IMG/VR virus record: IMGVR_UViG_3300017774_005745
Location: 96,001 to 160,000 of that record
Direction: 5' to 3' (one strand)
From: a virus
Length of the DNA stretch: 64,000 bases
The translations under genes were made by a program, and so were the position numbers. Every line of letters begins with the position of its first letter. The first letter of the stretch is position 1. The notes below the pieces were generated by a model. That model was not told where the DNA came from, did not search any database, and saw only the letters and a program-made list of their open reading frames with translations. This document shows, in pieces, positions 8,501-18,500 of this stretch.

Positions 8501-10767
8501 CACAAGACCTACTGGGCATATCTTACGAGAGCTACTTCTTCAAGGCAGCTTTCGCGGATAACACCGACAGCATTAAGTTCTGTATCCCTACTAAGATTGG
8601 AGTCTCCGGTTCTTCTGGGTCCGAGGTCTACTACGAGACCTTCACTCGTACTGCGAGCCAGTATCAGCCATCAATCGGACAGCACCGTGCTCTGCCCGGT
8701 AGTCCTTTTACGAATGGTGATGCCGTTATCGATAACTTTATCGATAAGGCAAACAATGGAGCAGGCGGGAGACCTAATATCGCTCCTGCCACTACTGCTT
8801 GGAACGGCATTCTTGCAAGTACGGTCCACGGTGCTTCTCTGATGGTCGATCTCGGAGCGGACGCGGACGTCGGATACGTCGTTGTTCGTTTTGCAGGAAA
8901 CGTATTATCAGGTGCTAATACTGCATTCAGCAGCGGTTTTAATGCGTCGCTCTTCAATGACCCGGCGTCAGGAGGAGCTCCTATCGCTTCTTCTGTCGTG
9001 AGAACAAGCGGCACCTCAACCGTAAACGGAACCCTCGATGTATCAACCATTACACTCACCTCAGGCGACTTCCTGGGAGCGACTGTTGTTGGGTTGAACA
9101 CAGACGGAGTCACTGTTGCAGGGTCCAGCACATTCACCGCTGGAGGGGGCACCTTCCTGGCATCTCATGTTGGGATGATTCTTCAGATTACTACTGGGTC
9201 GGACGCGGGGTCGTACAGAATCCTCACGGTCGGTGGGGCTACCTGTACGATTGAGAACCTCAATCAAACCAGCCGCCAGTGGGTCGCCTCTGCTTCATCC
9301 CTGTCATACAACATCAGGGACGGTGTGCGTCCTTACGATAAGATCTCTATCCCAAACAATGCTGCTCCGACGTATGAGCTCGCAATTGAGCGACTCCTAA
9401 CGACTACGTCTGCTCAGGTACGCACCCCGCCACATGCCACGTTCTCAAACCAAAACTGGCAAGTGATGGTTCCTTCTTGGAATCTCGTCAAGCGTCTTTC
9501 CTTCAGCACAGACGCAGCACCGCCTGACGTTAAGAATAATGGAACCTGGATGTCTGTCGATGGACAGGAGACGGGCGTATTCACGACTCAGAAGATGTAC
9601 TTCGACCTCACCGACCTCACATCCGGTCAAAGAACAGGCAGGTACTGGAAGTTGAATCTTCAGCCTCGTTTCGAGAGTGGTTCCGGAAGCTATACGTTCA
9701 CTATCGTCGATATGGAGTTCTTCAACACTTCAGGAGTGCGACTGAACACGGCCCCATACCTCTTCTCTGACCAGGCTTGGAGTAACCCAGACTTCCTGTC
9801 GAACCACGTCCATAGAGTCGACTTCATTCAAGCATCCAATACCGCAGTAGGTGGCGCTTTCAATGGGAACGCCTCACTGAGTACACTTGGAGTCGTCACA
9901 CTCTCAGGTGGGAACAAGTTCCTGGGATTCCAAGTAAGAACGGACTTTACAGACGGAAACCCAATCTCTGGCGGTAACACGTTCATCTCCTCATCAGCTG
10001 CATTCACAACAGCCGATGTTGGGAGATTCATTCGAGTCACCTCTGGAGCCAACAGCGGGGTGTTCTATAGAATTGTAACACGTGTCTCGGCAACTCAAGT
10101 AACCGTCGCTCTGCCTTCGGGTACTGCGGTCTCCTTTGGCGCTACAGAGACAGGCATTCTATTCGCCATCCACGAAGGGATTGCTAATGGTGGGTCGGCT
10201 CCTGACTACATCAACTTTGGTGCAGTCACAGGAGCAGACGAATTCACCATTACCTCCGTCAACGACGCTCTTACTCAACTAACCGTTGCCGAAGTCGGAT
10301 TCCCTGCACTCACAAGCGTTGCTTTTGAGATCCGTCGTCGAGGATTCGACACAACGTCAGCCACTACAGACGCAACAAAGACAGCGAGACTCGTACGACC
10401 GAATACTACTTACCCAGTTCAGTCTGGAGACGTCGCTCACGACTCTAGAGGTGCTCTCAGATTCTTTACTGAGGATGTCGGAGCTGCTGCAACTCGTTCT
10501 TCTGGTTCGATTACGGGCGGCAGCGGCGTATTCACTGGGACTCTATTCAGTCAAGACGACGTTGGTAGGATTCTGACCATCACTACTGGAGTGAACGTAG
10601 GCTCGTACCGAATCTCTGCATTCTCCAGCGCGACCTCAATCACTGTCGTAAACCTCATCACCGGAGCAGCAGTGTCATTCACAGCAGATGCAGGACCGGT
10701 GACCTACCGAATCTACGGCGAGCGTAGATTCCGTCTCGCAAAGTACGTCTACTGTCTAAAGGCATAA
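5509..10767 (+). CDS. 1752 aa virion fibre/baseplate protein with at least 5 copies of a ~70-80 aa beta-rich repeat
   Basis: Repeats of TDG..(S/T)F....F...DVGR.I.I..G.D.G.Y.I near 7.0, 8.2, 9.1, 10.0 and 10.5 kb. T/G/S/A-rich. Confidence 0.7.
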   Translation: MSPKDIFGFLSVVSQKPGTRDPIQMGNVSFKDVLRRRSLSFWNNNTGASNDPVIGSCPFKMDGLVSDDTTVGHGFFREMQSVFFTSPLAYPLNPSGSTVGTSTYDYSKFRATGVLTTIPATDVPRVIGSLLLHDNLSVPTGLSNWGAGNSLAALNDVPKTFTQIGTVYLHPAYATGVTVSTSIGLSYVTFTGSSIFDLPRFQPGGGFNLIRLHTGSDAGFYFIHHVDFLNNRLYLRCLDGSMFAAIATNASVGTTIAPGRRAYFNETSIIPLGTGTVAVGGTFVPGAARDSFIMRIVFDKTGSTEAAVATEQQGSYYVTMKPYTHGDGIVATNQEDSGSALSGAFAAQGSAVVPFNFQFFDGGASAITLDESAQRVWFGYTNASTQSGIACWRWKTVESFREVANYLGTAGHASFLTPAITLGAGDFIRSAHTGSTGINYFIIGHATSGNGGVVVINANLTTSQYRLAQGIPNSNLSGGALDKSRARTGTAADTSTNGANQITSASGAFTAADVGRCISITGATGDNGTYKIATIVSGTQVTVTTPAGGAVTFTTQTGGTFQIGDRLYLMFNNNTTGAGQINFMESLAPGVFHTRAVSMTNGANCNVQIKPGEPCRVDVDPSTGDVYWLSNDTQQQINKYLPLTNTHEFRTIADVASPSGQVGTVGTITTFTAVKVNPKFDEVWVGTDQGHVKLVKSAFTGANYKRYFGNDSANYANPTGFPRGDGSASASGLSGAQDTRHVRFYAIRVDGRVISGLMSVSGQNVDLAHYHRDGDLFVASDAISSTSALTSNMIVDSYGRWFMCCPGQAGQWRFSFGGHDIHYQWDNANTRWIPLEIAPSNLPNKSVSDTFSPGLTSRPIHSTAEPVLYGVTVQFNRQGGATPPNNEFLGRAGQTGVARTDGSTTSGLSTFNGSSFVSGDVGRILRIESGADAGMYKITVFTSSTLITISRMNGTAVSAAATASSLSYSVWDLGAVGSTAGPEDATVLLANGFSKDNTQDLLGISYESYFFKAAFADNTDSIKFCIPTKIGVSGSSGSEVYYETFTRTASQYQPSIGQHRALPGSPFTNGDAVIDNFIDKANNGAGGRPNIAPATTAWNGILASTVHGASLMVDLGADADVGYVVVRFAGNVLSGANTAFSSGFNASLFNDPASGGAPIASSVVRTSGTSTVNGTLDVSTITLTSGDFLGATVVGLNTDGVTVAGSSTFTAGGGTFLASHVGMILQITTGSDAGSYRILTVGGATCTIENLNQTSRQWVASASSLSYNIRDGVRPYDKISIPNNAAPTYELAIERLLTTTSAQVRTPPHATFSNQNWQVMVPSWNLVKRLSFSTDAAPPDVKNNGTWMSVDGQETGVFTTQKMYFDLTDLTSGQRTGRYWKLNLQPRFESGSGSYTFTIVDMEFFNTSGVRLNTAPYLFSDQAWSNPDFLSNHVHRVDFIQASNTAVGGAFNGNASLSTLGVVTLSGGNKFLGFQVRTDFTDGNPISGGNTFISSSAAFTTADVGRFIRVTSGANSGVFYRIVTRVSATQVTVALPSGTAVSFGATETGILFAIHEGIANGGSAPDYINFGAVTGADEFTITSVNDALTQLTVAEVGFPALTSVAFEIRRRGFDTTSATTDATKTARLVRPNTTYPVQSGDVAHDSRGALRFFTEDVGAAATRSSGSITGGSGVFTGTLFSQDDVGRILTITTGVNVGSYRISAFSSATSITVVNLITGAAVSFTADAGPVTYRIYGERRFRLAKYVYCLKA

Positions 10768-12585
10768 ATGGCAGTCTCCTCCATCACAGGCATTACCCGA
10801 GAGGGTCAGCCGATTGAGATGGCCTCCTTTAGGAGGTCTGGAGTTGTGCATTTTGTTTGGAACTCCGAGGTAAACTTCTCTCAAAGAAGACTACGCTGGA
10901 AGCCACACGACGCCGCAGACTTCACAGAGGTGTTTGGGAATCTCGTAACAGACTTTCGAAACATCGCCGCTGCCTATATTCCCTCTTCTGACTCCCTCAT
11001 CATGGCTTGGGATGATAACAGTGGAGGAAGCGGCGTTGAGAATAGTAGACTGTTTGTCGCGCGATTCAATCCAACAACTGGCGCGCTTCTCTCAGGACCG
11101 ACTCTACTGGGTCCTGGGACCCGACCTCAGATGCTGTACAGGAATGGAGTTCAAGGAAACTCCGTCGTACTCGTCTCCTTCCTCTCCAAGACAGACGATG
11201 TTCTCGTTCGTATGACTACCGATGGTGGTTTGTCTTGGACTGGAGGCTCTCCGGTTCTCGTGAACAAAGTAGCGCAGACGACATTCCTTGAGGCTGTGTC
11301 ATACGGTTCTAATCACCTCTCCATCGCTCAGCTCGGAGGAGACAGCAGGAAGTTGGCGGAGATTTCGGCTTTCTCTCGAACACGCCCAATCATGTCGATT
11401 GTTAAACATCCCTCTGTAGCCAATCAGTACTTCATCGGAGAGCCATCTCGAATCACTTCCGTACCTCAGAGCGATAATCTACGTGGAGGCATGGTACTGC
11501 TTCCTGATAACTCTGCGATTATCAAAGTAGATGGGGATGCGCAGGGAGTGAGTGATAGTATCGGAGGAATTGCGCTTCTCACTGTTACGGGAACCGCTTT
11601 CTCTGTGGCTGCCTCTGCCGGTCCTACGGTCGGAACAAACAGAAATAGAATTGTTCAGTACTCGCTCACACCGTCTATCTCTGCCAACGCAGACCTTGAC
11701 GCGAGCCTCCCTGCGGTATCTCTCGCAACCTCTTCTTCATATGCATACGTTGCTCAGTCGGTTGATTCAAACCCAACAGGCGGGCAGCTCAAGGTCATCG
11801 ACCTCTCTGCTCTATCAACACAGAACGCATTCCTGACCGGAATCTCTGGAAGAGCCGTGGCGGTTGCTAACTTCCTCTCCCCTCGGGTCATCTTCGCAGC
11901 AACAACGGAATCATCCATTCAGCGAATCCGTGTCTACTCTGAGAATGGTACAACTCCCACTCTCCTCATAAACGCAAAGCTCTTGCTTCAGGCGAGCAAC
12001 ATCACAGTAGCCCCACACCCTACAGAAGCACTCTGGGCATTGCTGTACGTTTCTAATCAAAATCGAATGTCGATTATGGAGTATCGGGGAGCTGCCTCTC
12101 CCCTTCGAGTGCTCGACACGATTACTCTCGTAGGTGGAGGAGAGTTCCTGTCTGTCGTCAGGGCCGCAAATGGGAATCTCGTCGCAGCGGCTGGCTCTGC
12201 AGGAATCTTAGTCTTCAGCCCAATCGGGAAGACTATCGCTCAGCTCAGGGTATCTCCTGTAGTCGTACAAGATTGGCAGCCCCAGGTTGCGGTGAGCTTG
12301 AACCAACTCGTCAGGCCGACGGCCGGAAACAGATTCTCCCAGAACCGCTTCTACTTCATATGCACAGGAGCAGGCACCACCGCTGTATCTGAGCCTTCTT
12401 GGGCATTCTCTGGGTCAATTACAGATGGTGGCGCAACTTGGACCGCAGTGGCTGCAAGAGATGGTATTGTAACTGGCGTTGCATTGGATGAGACTCTTAA
12501 GCGCATCTACGGTGTGGGTCTTGTTGGTGGCTCTTCCAATACCCAAGGACGGGTATGGGCACTCGAAGCGAGAGGACTCATCTAA
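10768..12585 (+). CDS. Beta-propeller-like virion protein with an Asp-box and a W..Y...CT.AGT...EP.W..TDG..W module
   Basis: TTDGGLSW is a BNR/Asp-box. WQPQ...FICTGAGTTAVSEPSW...ITDGGATW is a module common in phage tail proteins. Confidence 0.6.
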   Translation: MAVSSITGITREGQPIEMASFRRSGVVHFVWNSEVNFSQRRLRWKPHDAADFTEVFGNLVTDFRNIAAAYIPSSDSLIMAWDDNSGGSGVENSRLFVARFNPTTGALLSGPTLLGPGTRPQMLYRNGVQGNSVVLVSFLSKTDDVLVRMTTDGGLSWTGGSPVLVNKVAQTTFLEAVSYGSNHLSIAQLGGDSRKLAEISAFSRTRPIMSIVKHPSVANQYFIGEPSRITSVPQSDNLRGGMVLLPDNSAIIKVDGDAQGVSDSIGGIALLTVTGTAFSVAASAGPTVGTNRNRIVQYSLTPSISANADLDASLPAVSLATSSSYAYVAQSVDSNPTGGQLKVIDLSALSTQNAFLTGISGRAVAVANFLSPRVIFAATTESSIQRIRVYSENGTTPTLLINAKLLLQASNITVAPHPTEALWALLYVSNQNRMSIMEYRGAASPLRVLDTITLVGGGEFLSVVRAANGNLVAAAGSAGILVFSPIGKTIAQLRVSPVVVQDWQPQVAVSLNQLVRPTAGNRFSQNRFYFICTGAGTTAVSEPSWAFSGSITDGGATWTAVAARDGIVTGVALDETLKRIYGVGLVGGSSNTQGRVWALEARGLI

Positions 12586-12737
12586 TGGCTGACGCATTCG
12601 TATCCTTGGCTGCTCTTCAACCGCTCCTCCCTACTACCTCTAAGGGAGGGTCCTCCAATGCATCTGGCACTGTCCAGCCGAGCCCTCCTACTGGTATCTA
12701 CGGGGTAGTTAGGAATATTGGCGTAAAGACCAAGTAG
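12585..12737 (+). CDS. 50 aa hypothetical protein
   Basis: TAATG overlap with the upstream stop; GAGGA RBS. Confidence 0.65.
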   Translation: MADAFVSLAALQPLLPTTSKGGSSNASGTVQPSPPTGIYGVVRNIGVKTK

Positions 12738-12747
12738 GAGCTACCCA

Positions 12748-13500
12748 ATGGCTGTCACATTTCCAGCAACGAAGAGATACTTCGTTACTTTTCGAAATTC
12801 AGATATCGGGCTTCTTCCTACTTGGGTTTACTACCGAAGAGCGGACACTCTCGTCTCCCTCCTCCCAGGCCCCGCATTCACTGAGCTCTCGAATGGTACG
12901 TACTACTTCGATATCACATTTTCGTCTGCCACGAGCCCAGACATTATCTTCCTCATCGATGGTGGTGTGAGCATTCCAACGGAAGAGATTCGATACCAAA
13001 CCTCGATGGCAAGTCCGAAGGACTTGTTCCTTGACCAGCCCACATCTCAGTCCGTTACCGATGTCTGGAGTGACACGACCGTGTACGGTGCGGGTACGAA
13101 GGGAGAGAAAGTCGACTCTATCGTAGGTACTAACGTTGCCGCGATTGCTGATGCAGTTTGGGATGAGGCACTTGCAGGACACCTAACTGCGGGCACAGCC
13201 GGAAGAAAACTAAGCGACGCAGCATTGACCACGGATGTCACTACATCTCAGACAGCTATTACGACTTCGCTCGGTGCTCAGCTCACGAGAGCTCTCGGGC
13301 TCATGCATGAGAACTCTGTCCTCGACCAGACTATATTCGATGGTCAGAACAATCTCACGAATGGTCGTCTGAGATTGTACAGCACGAAAGCCAACGCGCT
13401 CCTCGCAGGAGGTACTGGCCTTCTTGAGACGTACACCATTACTGCTTCGTACATCGGAGACAACGTCCAGACCTATACCGTAGTCAGGGAGGGGTCATGA
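12748..13500 (+). CDS. Virion structural protein
   Basis: RBS AGGAG. Contains IADAVWDEALAGH, a motif seen in phage structural proteins. N-terminal P.F.EL..G.Y.F domain shared with 768..1817. Confidence 0.6.
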   Translation: MAVTFPATKRYFVTFRNSDIGLLPTWVYYRRADTLVSLLPGPAFTELSNGTYYFDITFSSATSPDIIFLIDGGVSIPTEEIRYQTSMASPKDLFLDQPTSQSVTDVWSDTTVYGAGTKGEKVDSIVGTNVAAIADAVWDEALAGHLTAGTAGRKLSDAALTTDVTTSQTAITTSLGAQLTRALGLMHENSVLDQTIFDGQNNLTNGRLRLYSTKANALLAGGTGLLETYTITASYIGDNVQTYTVVREGS

Positions 13501-14408
13501 TTGAAGTTACTAAACTCATTGTTCGCTCCTTCACTCTCGACTACCTGGACCTCTTCTGGGAGATCTCTCCAGTTGCAGGACCGTCCGTAGAGAACAAGCC
13601 CCACGAAATCTACGACTACGATTTCTACATCCTTCGTTCTGAAGCTCCGATGGGTCCCTTTGAGCAAATCGGAGGCCCATTCAGAGACACTTATTCGTTC
13701 AGAGATTCGCGTGTGAATCTCATGCATAAGTGGCGCACGATGTACTACAAGATTCGAATCATTCACAGGCCTACTGGAGAGGTCTACGAAACTCCGTCTA
13801 CGAATAGTCAGGACCCAGAGCCTGACCTTATTGCGAATGAAGTCAATAGACAGGAAGACGTCCTCTTTCGTGAGTTCATTGGAAGACGCTCCTGGTTGTT
13901 TCCAGTACGCACCTTTGGCCCCGTCTGTACTTGCATCGATCGAGTTCTCGGAAGACGTACTCGCTCAAACCACTCTCTGTGCTTTGGTACCGGGTGGCTT
14001 GGTGGGTATATGCATCCAGTTCAGATATTCATTCAACTCGACCCCAACAGCAAGCAAACCAACCTCAACTCTCTCCAAGAGCAACAGCCAAGCAACACTA
14101 TTGCTCGAATGATCTCATTCCCTCCTGTATCTCCCAGAGACGTCATCGTCGAATCAGAGAATAAGAGATGGAGAGTCGTGTCTGTTACAACGACTCAGCG
14201 TCTCAGGTCAGTCCTCCATCAAGAGATATCTCTTCATGAGATTCCAAGAGGGGACATTGAGTATGACCTCCCGGTAAACATCGATTCTAGAACCCACGAG
14301 CCGTCTGCTGTGCGAAACTTTACGAATCCTCAAAATGTGGAGAAGCCAGGTGACTACCAGGACATTTTCAGATTCTTCGGACAGGCGAGAGGCACGAACG
14401 GTCGCTAG
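13497..14408 (+). CDS. Putative neck stopper/head-closure protein with a Zn-binding loop
   Basis: CTC-x(12)-HSLCFGTGWLGGY..P resembles the CxC...CxxCxGxG loop of large-myophage neck proteins. Located upstream of the terminator-like and sheath genes. Confidence 0.55.
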   Translation: MIEVTKLIVRSFTLDYLDLFWEISPVAGPSVENKPHEIYDYDFYILRSEAPMGPFEQIGGPFRDTYSFRDSRVNLMHKWRTMYYKIRIIHRPTGEVYETPSTNSQDPEPDLIANEVNRQEDVLFREFIGRRSWLFPVRTFGPVCTCIDRVLGRRTRSNHSLCFGTGWLGGYMHPVQIFIQLDPNSKQTNLNSLQEQQPSNTIARMISFPPVSPRDVIVESENKRWRVVSVTTTQRLRSVLHQEISLHEIPRGDIEYDLPVNIDSRTHEPSAVRNFTNPQNVEKPGDYQDIFRFFGQARGTNGR

Positions 14409-14697
14409 GAACGCATTCCAGGACGAGCTTTTGAAGATTGCCATGTCTGAGGCCCGTAAGAGCAAATTAAAGAACTTTGCTAAATCTACCGCGACTATCG
14501 CAGCCGGTGCTGGTGTTGGGTATGGCTCGGCGATGTTGGCAGAGAAGGCGTTCTTGAAGATGATTGGGAGTAGGTTTAGTACTCTTCCTCAGTCTCAGCA
14601 GAACAAGATTCTCGGAGCGGCTCTTGGTGTCAGCTTGGCCGGTTCATACGTCGCTAGAAACTGGTTAGACAAAGAGAGAGCAAAGGCAAAAGAATGA
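14335..14697 (+). CDS. Small membrane-active protein with the F-x-D-E-L-x-K-I-A motif and two glycine-rich hydrophobic helices (true start uncertain, probably near 14400)
   Basis: NAFQDELLKIA, then ATIAAGAGVGYG and ILGAALGVSLAG. Stop overlaps the next start. Confidence 0.65.
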   Translation: MWRSQVTTRTFSDSSDRREARTVARNAFQDELLKIAMSEARKSKLKNFAKSTATIAAGAGVGYGSAMLAEKAFLKMIGSRFSTLPQSQQNKILGAALGVSLAGSYVARNWLDKERAKAKE

Positions 14698-15494
14698 GTG
14701 TGAAAGTACAGACAGGTCTTCCACAACCTCAAGGAGCCGGAGAAGACCCTCTCTTTCACTACACACGTCTTTTCGTTAAGTTCCTTCAATTGGCTTTTGC
14801 CACCTTCGAGAAGGGCAACTACCAGTGGTCAGAGGACAGCGCCCTTACGGATATTGTCATCTCTGACCAAGCAACCATTGCAAGAGATGTCATTGAGAAG
14901 CGGCCTGCCATCATCGTGACTCGTGGCGCAGCCTCATTTGGTAATATCTCTCTCGACCAATTCTCTGGACCTGGTCCTCTTCCGAAGGGCGGAGGAGATA
15001 TGACCTATCCAAACTATGACCCTGTGAGTGGCACGAAGAGGTACACGGACCTCGTTGCTTGTACGATGACGTACAACTGCCTTTCGAAAGAAGGCCTTGA
15101 GGCTCAGAGACTTGCGTGGATTTCGATGATGGCGACTCGCCGTCTTAAGCGCTCTCTCATGAAGGCAGGGCTCCACCGAGTAGGTGAAGACATTCAAGTC
15201 GGAGCCGAATCTGCACCAGGGATGATTGTCCCGAATGAGTCCGACACTGAGATTGTCATGGTCTCCGTCTCAGTACCCTTCTACTTCCAAGACTACTGGT
15301 CTGTGGGTCCTCAAGACAAAAAGCTTCTCAAACACATCGACCTGGCCTTAACGTCTGAACTCAACTTTCCGGCTCAGGGAGCCGTGCAGATACGTAAACC
15401 AGGGATGAATGGAAGAGTCCTGAACTACGATAAAACACTTTCTCTCGTGCAAAGGGTGCGTGTTAGTTCAGGCACTCCGAAGCCTCGGAAATAA
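14694..15494 (+). CDS. Putative tail terminator/tail completion protein
   Basis: Immediately upstream of the sheath. KRPAIIVTRG motif and an alternating beta pattern (TMTYNCLS, VSVSVPFYFQDYW). Confidence 0.55.
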   Translation: MSVKVQTGLPQPQGAGEDPLFHYTRLFVKFLQLAFATFEKGNYQWSEDSALTDIVISDQATIARDVIEKRPAIIVTRGAASFGNISLDQFSGPGPLPKGGGDMTYPNYDPVSGTKRYTDLVACTMTYNCLSKEGLEAQRLAWISMMATRRLKRSLMKAGLHRVGEDIQVGAESAPGMIVPNESDTEIVMVSVSVPFYFQDYWSVGPQDKKLLKHIDLALTSELNFPAQGAVQIRKPGMNGRVLNYDKTLSLVQRVRVSSGTPKPRK

Positions 15495-15511
15495 TCAAAA
15501 AGGAGACTCAG

Positions 15512-18500
15512 ATGGCAGAGCTCATTAGACCCGGTGTTGAAGTAATCCAGTCTTTCCGGACAGCATCCCCGTCCTTCGTTCGCCCAACACTTGTTCCGTG
15601 TGTTGTCGGTCCTGCATTTGAGGTCTTGAATGTCCTCAATTCAGATGGGACCATCAACTCAAAGGCAAAGCTCGGTGCCTACGACCAGATTGGTAGAACA
15701 GTAACACAGTCGGGCTTCCCCGACCCTCGTGGGAACGTGGATGAGCTCGACATCATCGAGTCGTCCATTCGTCCATTCACTCTTGCGGGTGGTTCGCTTT
15801 CTGAGCTCTTGATGGACCCAGGTGAGGCATTCCTGGCAACGAGCCACACTGCCTCCAAGGCCGCCATTGAGACCGCCGTGTTCAACGGTGTAACTGGTCT
15901 CGCAATCGTAGGCAAGGTTGTTGTCATTGCCCTCGACCAGCCAGTTGCAGCAGCCACTACGAAAGACGTCACCATTACCTTCACGGGTACTGGCCTCAAT
16001 CTGACGTCGGCAGAAGCTGCTGCGCAGATTAACGCAGCACTCGGTCAAGACGTTGCAACCGTTGTCGGCTCTGCCCCAAATGACAAGGTCCGTATTACGA
16101 CCAAGAAGGCGGGTGCTGCGAGCTCCATTACTGTTCGTGCCGGTGGCTCTGCGAATACCCTCCTCCAGATTGGTTTCTCTGGTGGCTCTGCTGCCAATGA
16201 GGAGCGTGTTGAGGGTTCTGGCTACCGTGCTCAGGACGATAACAACAACAATACAACCAGCCCATGGATTGAATTCTACCGTGGCGCTTACCTCTTGAAT
16301 GGTGTTGATACGGTCTTCGTTGCCAAGGCTGGTCTTATCAACATCGAGACTGCGGCATTCGTGAGCGCAAAGGCAGCCGCTATTACCTTTGGCTCGACTG
16401 GCACCGTCCCACTTATCGCAGGAGACTACTTCCTTGCTGATGGTGTGAAGGTCAAGAGCGCAGAGATCATGAAGGTCGAGCTTGGTAGATTCCGTCTCGG
16501 AACTATCAACACGACTCTCTCAACCGCAGATAGCAATGGTCGCTACACTTCAAAGGTGTACGATGCCGTTGAAGTTGAGACGCTCTTTGACGCAAACCCA
16601 CTTGCTCCTCAGTATGTGTACTTCAAGGCAACTGGCCTTGATGCAACCGTCCTTGCTCCAGTTGCAGCAACTCTGACTGGGACTACTCTCGGCACTGCAG
16701 CGACCTCTGGTATCGTAACGAGCGGTGTCATCTCCGTTCCGGCCGCTCTTGCCGGTCTGACCATCGAGTACGTTTCGACCATCGCTGGTGTTGAGACGAC
16801 AGGGACATTCACATTCACTGGTGGTCCATTCGCGAATGCTGCTGCGATTGCTGCTGCAGTTGGAACGAACATCCCAGGAGTCACTGCGACCGACTCTACG
16901 GGTGCTCTTCGTTTGACGACCACCACGACTGGTCGTCTGAATGCAATCAATGTCAAGGCAACTGGAACTGCGAACGCTGCGCTGAACTTCAGCACCTCAG
17001 TGGATACGGTAGGAACGGGAACTGATGTCGAGTTTACGGACATCCCTGCCAACCTGCTGACCGTGTCTCAGGTTGTTCCAACTCTGTCCCTAACCGGCAC
17101 TTCAATTGTCATTGAAGTCTCGACGGACTCTGGAGCAACATGGCCCGTGACTCGCACACATGCCTTCGTTGGTGAGCATGCCTCGTTGGTTGCTCTCGCA
17201 GCCAACATGCAGGCAGACGCTGGATTCGCAGGAACTGTTCTTGCGGTTTCTGTGTCTGGTCTTGAGATCTCCATCAAGAGTGTTGCAACTGGGCAGAACA
17301 TCGCAATTCGAGTTGGAGCTGCTTCGACTGCTCTTGGCGCTGGCAAGCTTCAATATACCTCTCTCCAGCAAGACTCTGGAGAAGAAGAACTGAACGGCCA
17401 GACACTTCGAGTGAAGTTCGATAAGAATCCTCGCATCTACGAGGTTACCTTCTCTTCGAACAGCCTCGACTTGGCTATCTCTGACTTGAACACGGCAGTT
17501 GGTGCTGTCGTAGCTTCCAAGGCAGGAGCTGGTCTCGACACTCTGAAGCTGACTTCCCCTCTTGCTGGCTCTGCTTCGGAAGTCTTGGTTCTTGCGGGGG
17601 CTGCTGCGACTGCATTCGGTCTCTCCACTTCAGCCACTGCAGGCTCAGGTCGTCCATTCCCAGACGCATACCTGAACAGCGTCAACAACCTCGTAATCGG
17701 TTCTCAGATTCTCCGTGACCAGGTTACGGGCTACCCTCTTGACCCTCTCACCAACCTGAGCGACTTGTACATCCAGTACAAGGGCCTGCGTAAGGATGTG
17801 TCTGCGGTTGCTCAGATTGCCGGTGTTCTGAGAATCCCAGACCAGGCCACTCTGACTGCTGTTCTGGACCCTCTCACTGAAGAGAACCCGCTTGGTCTGG
17901 CTCTCTTCATGTGCCTCATCAACGCTCCAGGTCTTGAGGTCAAGGGACTTGGAGTCGATGAGATTTCAGCAGCAGCTCCAGAAGGCACCGAGGCTGCTTA
18001 TGCTCGTGCCGCGTCGATGCTTGAGTCTGAAGAGGTGTATGCACTCGCTCCTCTGACTCAGAATGAAGTTGTTCACAGCATCTTCGGAACCCACGTGGTT
18101 GCCATCTCTGCCCCTGAGCAGGGAGGCGAGCGTATCGTTTTCATCAACAAGGCGATGCCGGTTCGTAAGAACCCAACTGTGGCTGCTTCTGGAACAAAGG
18201 CAAACAGCACTGCGACCTCTAACCAAATGCTGTTGGATGTGAATCCAGCCGCAGGTCTCGTTGCTGCTGGTAAGAACCCAGCCTTGCCATTCACTGCAGC
18301 AGATGGCGTCTACATGGAGTTCGAGGTTTCAAACGAGCTTCGTCGGTACAACGTATCCAGCGTGTCTGGCTCTCTTGCGAACTTCCGTACGACATTCGCA
18401 AGCGGAGAGAACACTGATGGGTTCTTCTCGACAACTGCACTGACGACTACGGTCATCAATGCCTCGTGGTCGCTGAAGGTACGTGGCGTCTCCATCACGG

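Noticed and set aside
5509-12585. Diversity-generating retroelement targeting the fibre genes
   Set aside because: Repeats are similar only at the protein level; no near-identical TR/VR nucleotide pair and no reverse transcriptase in the window.
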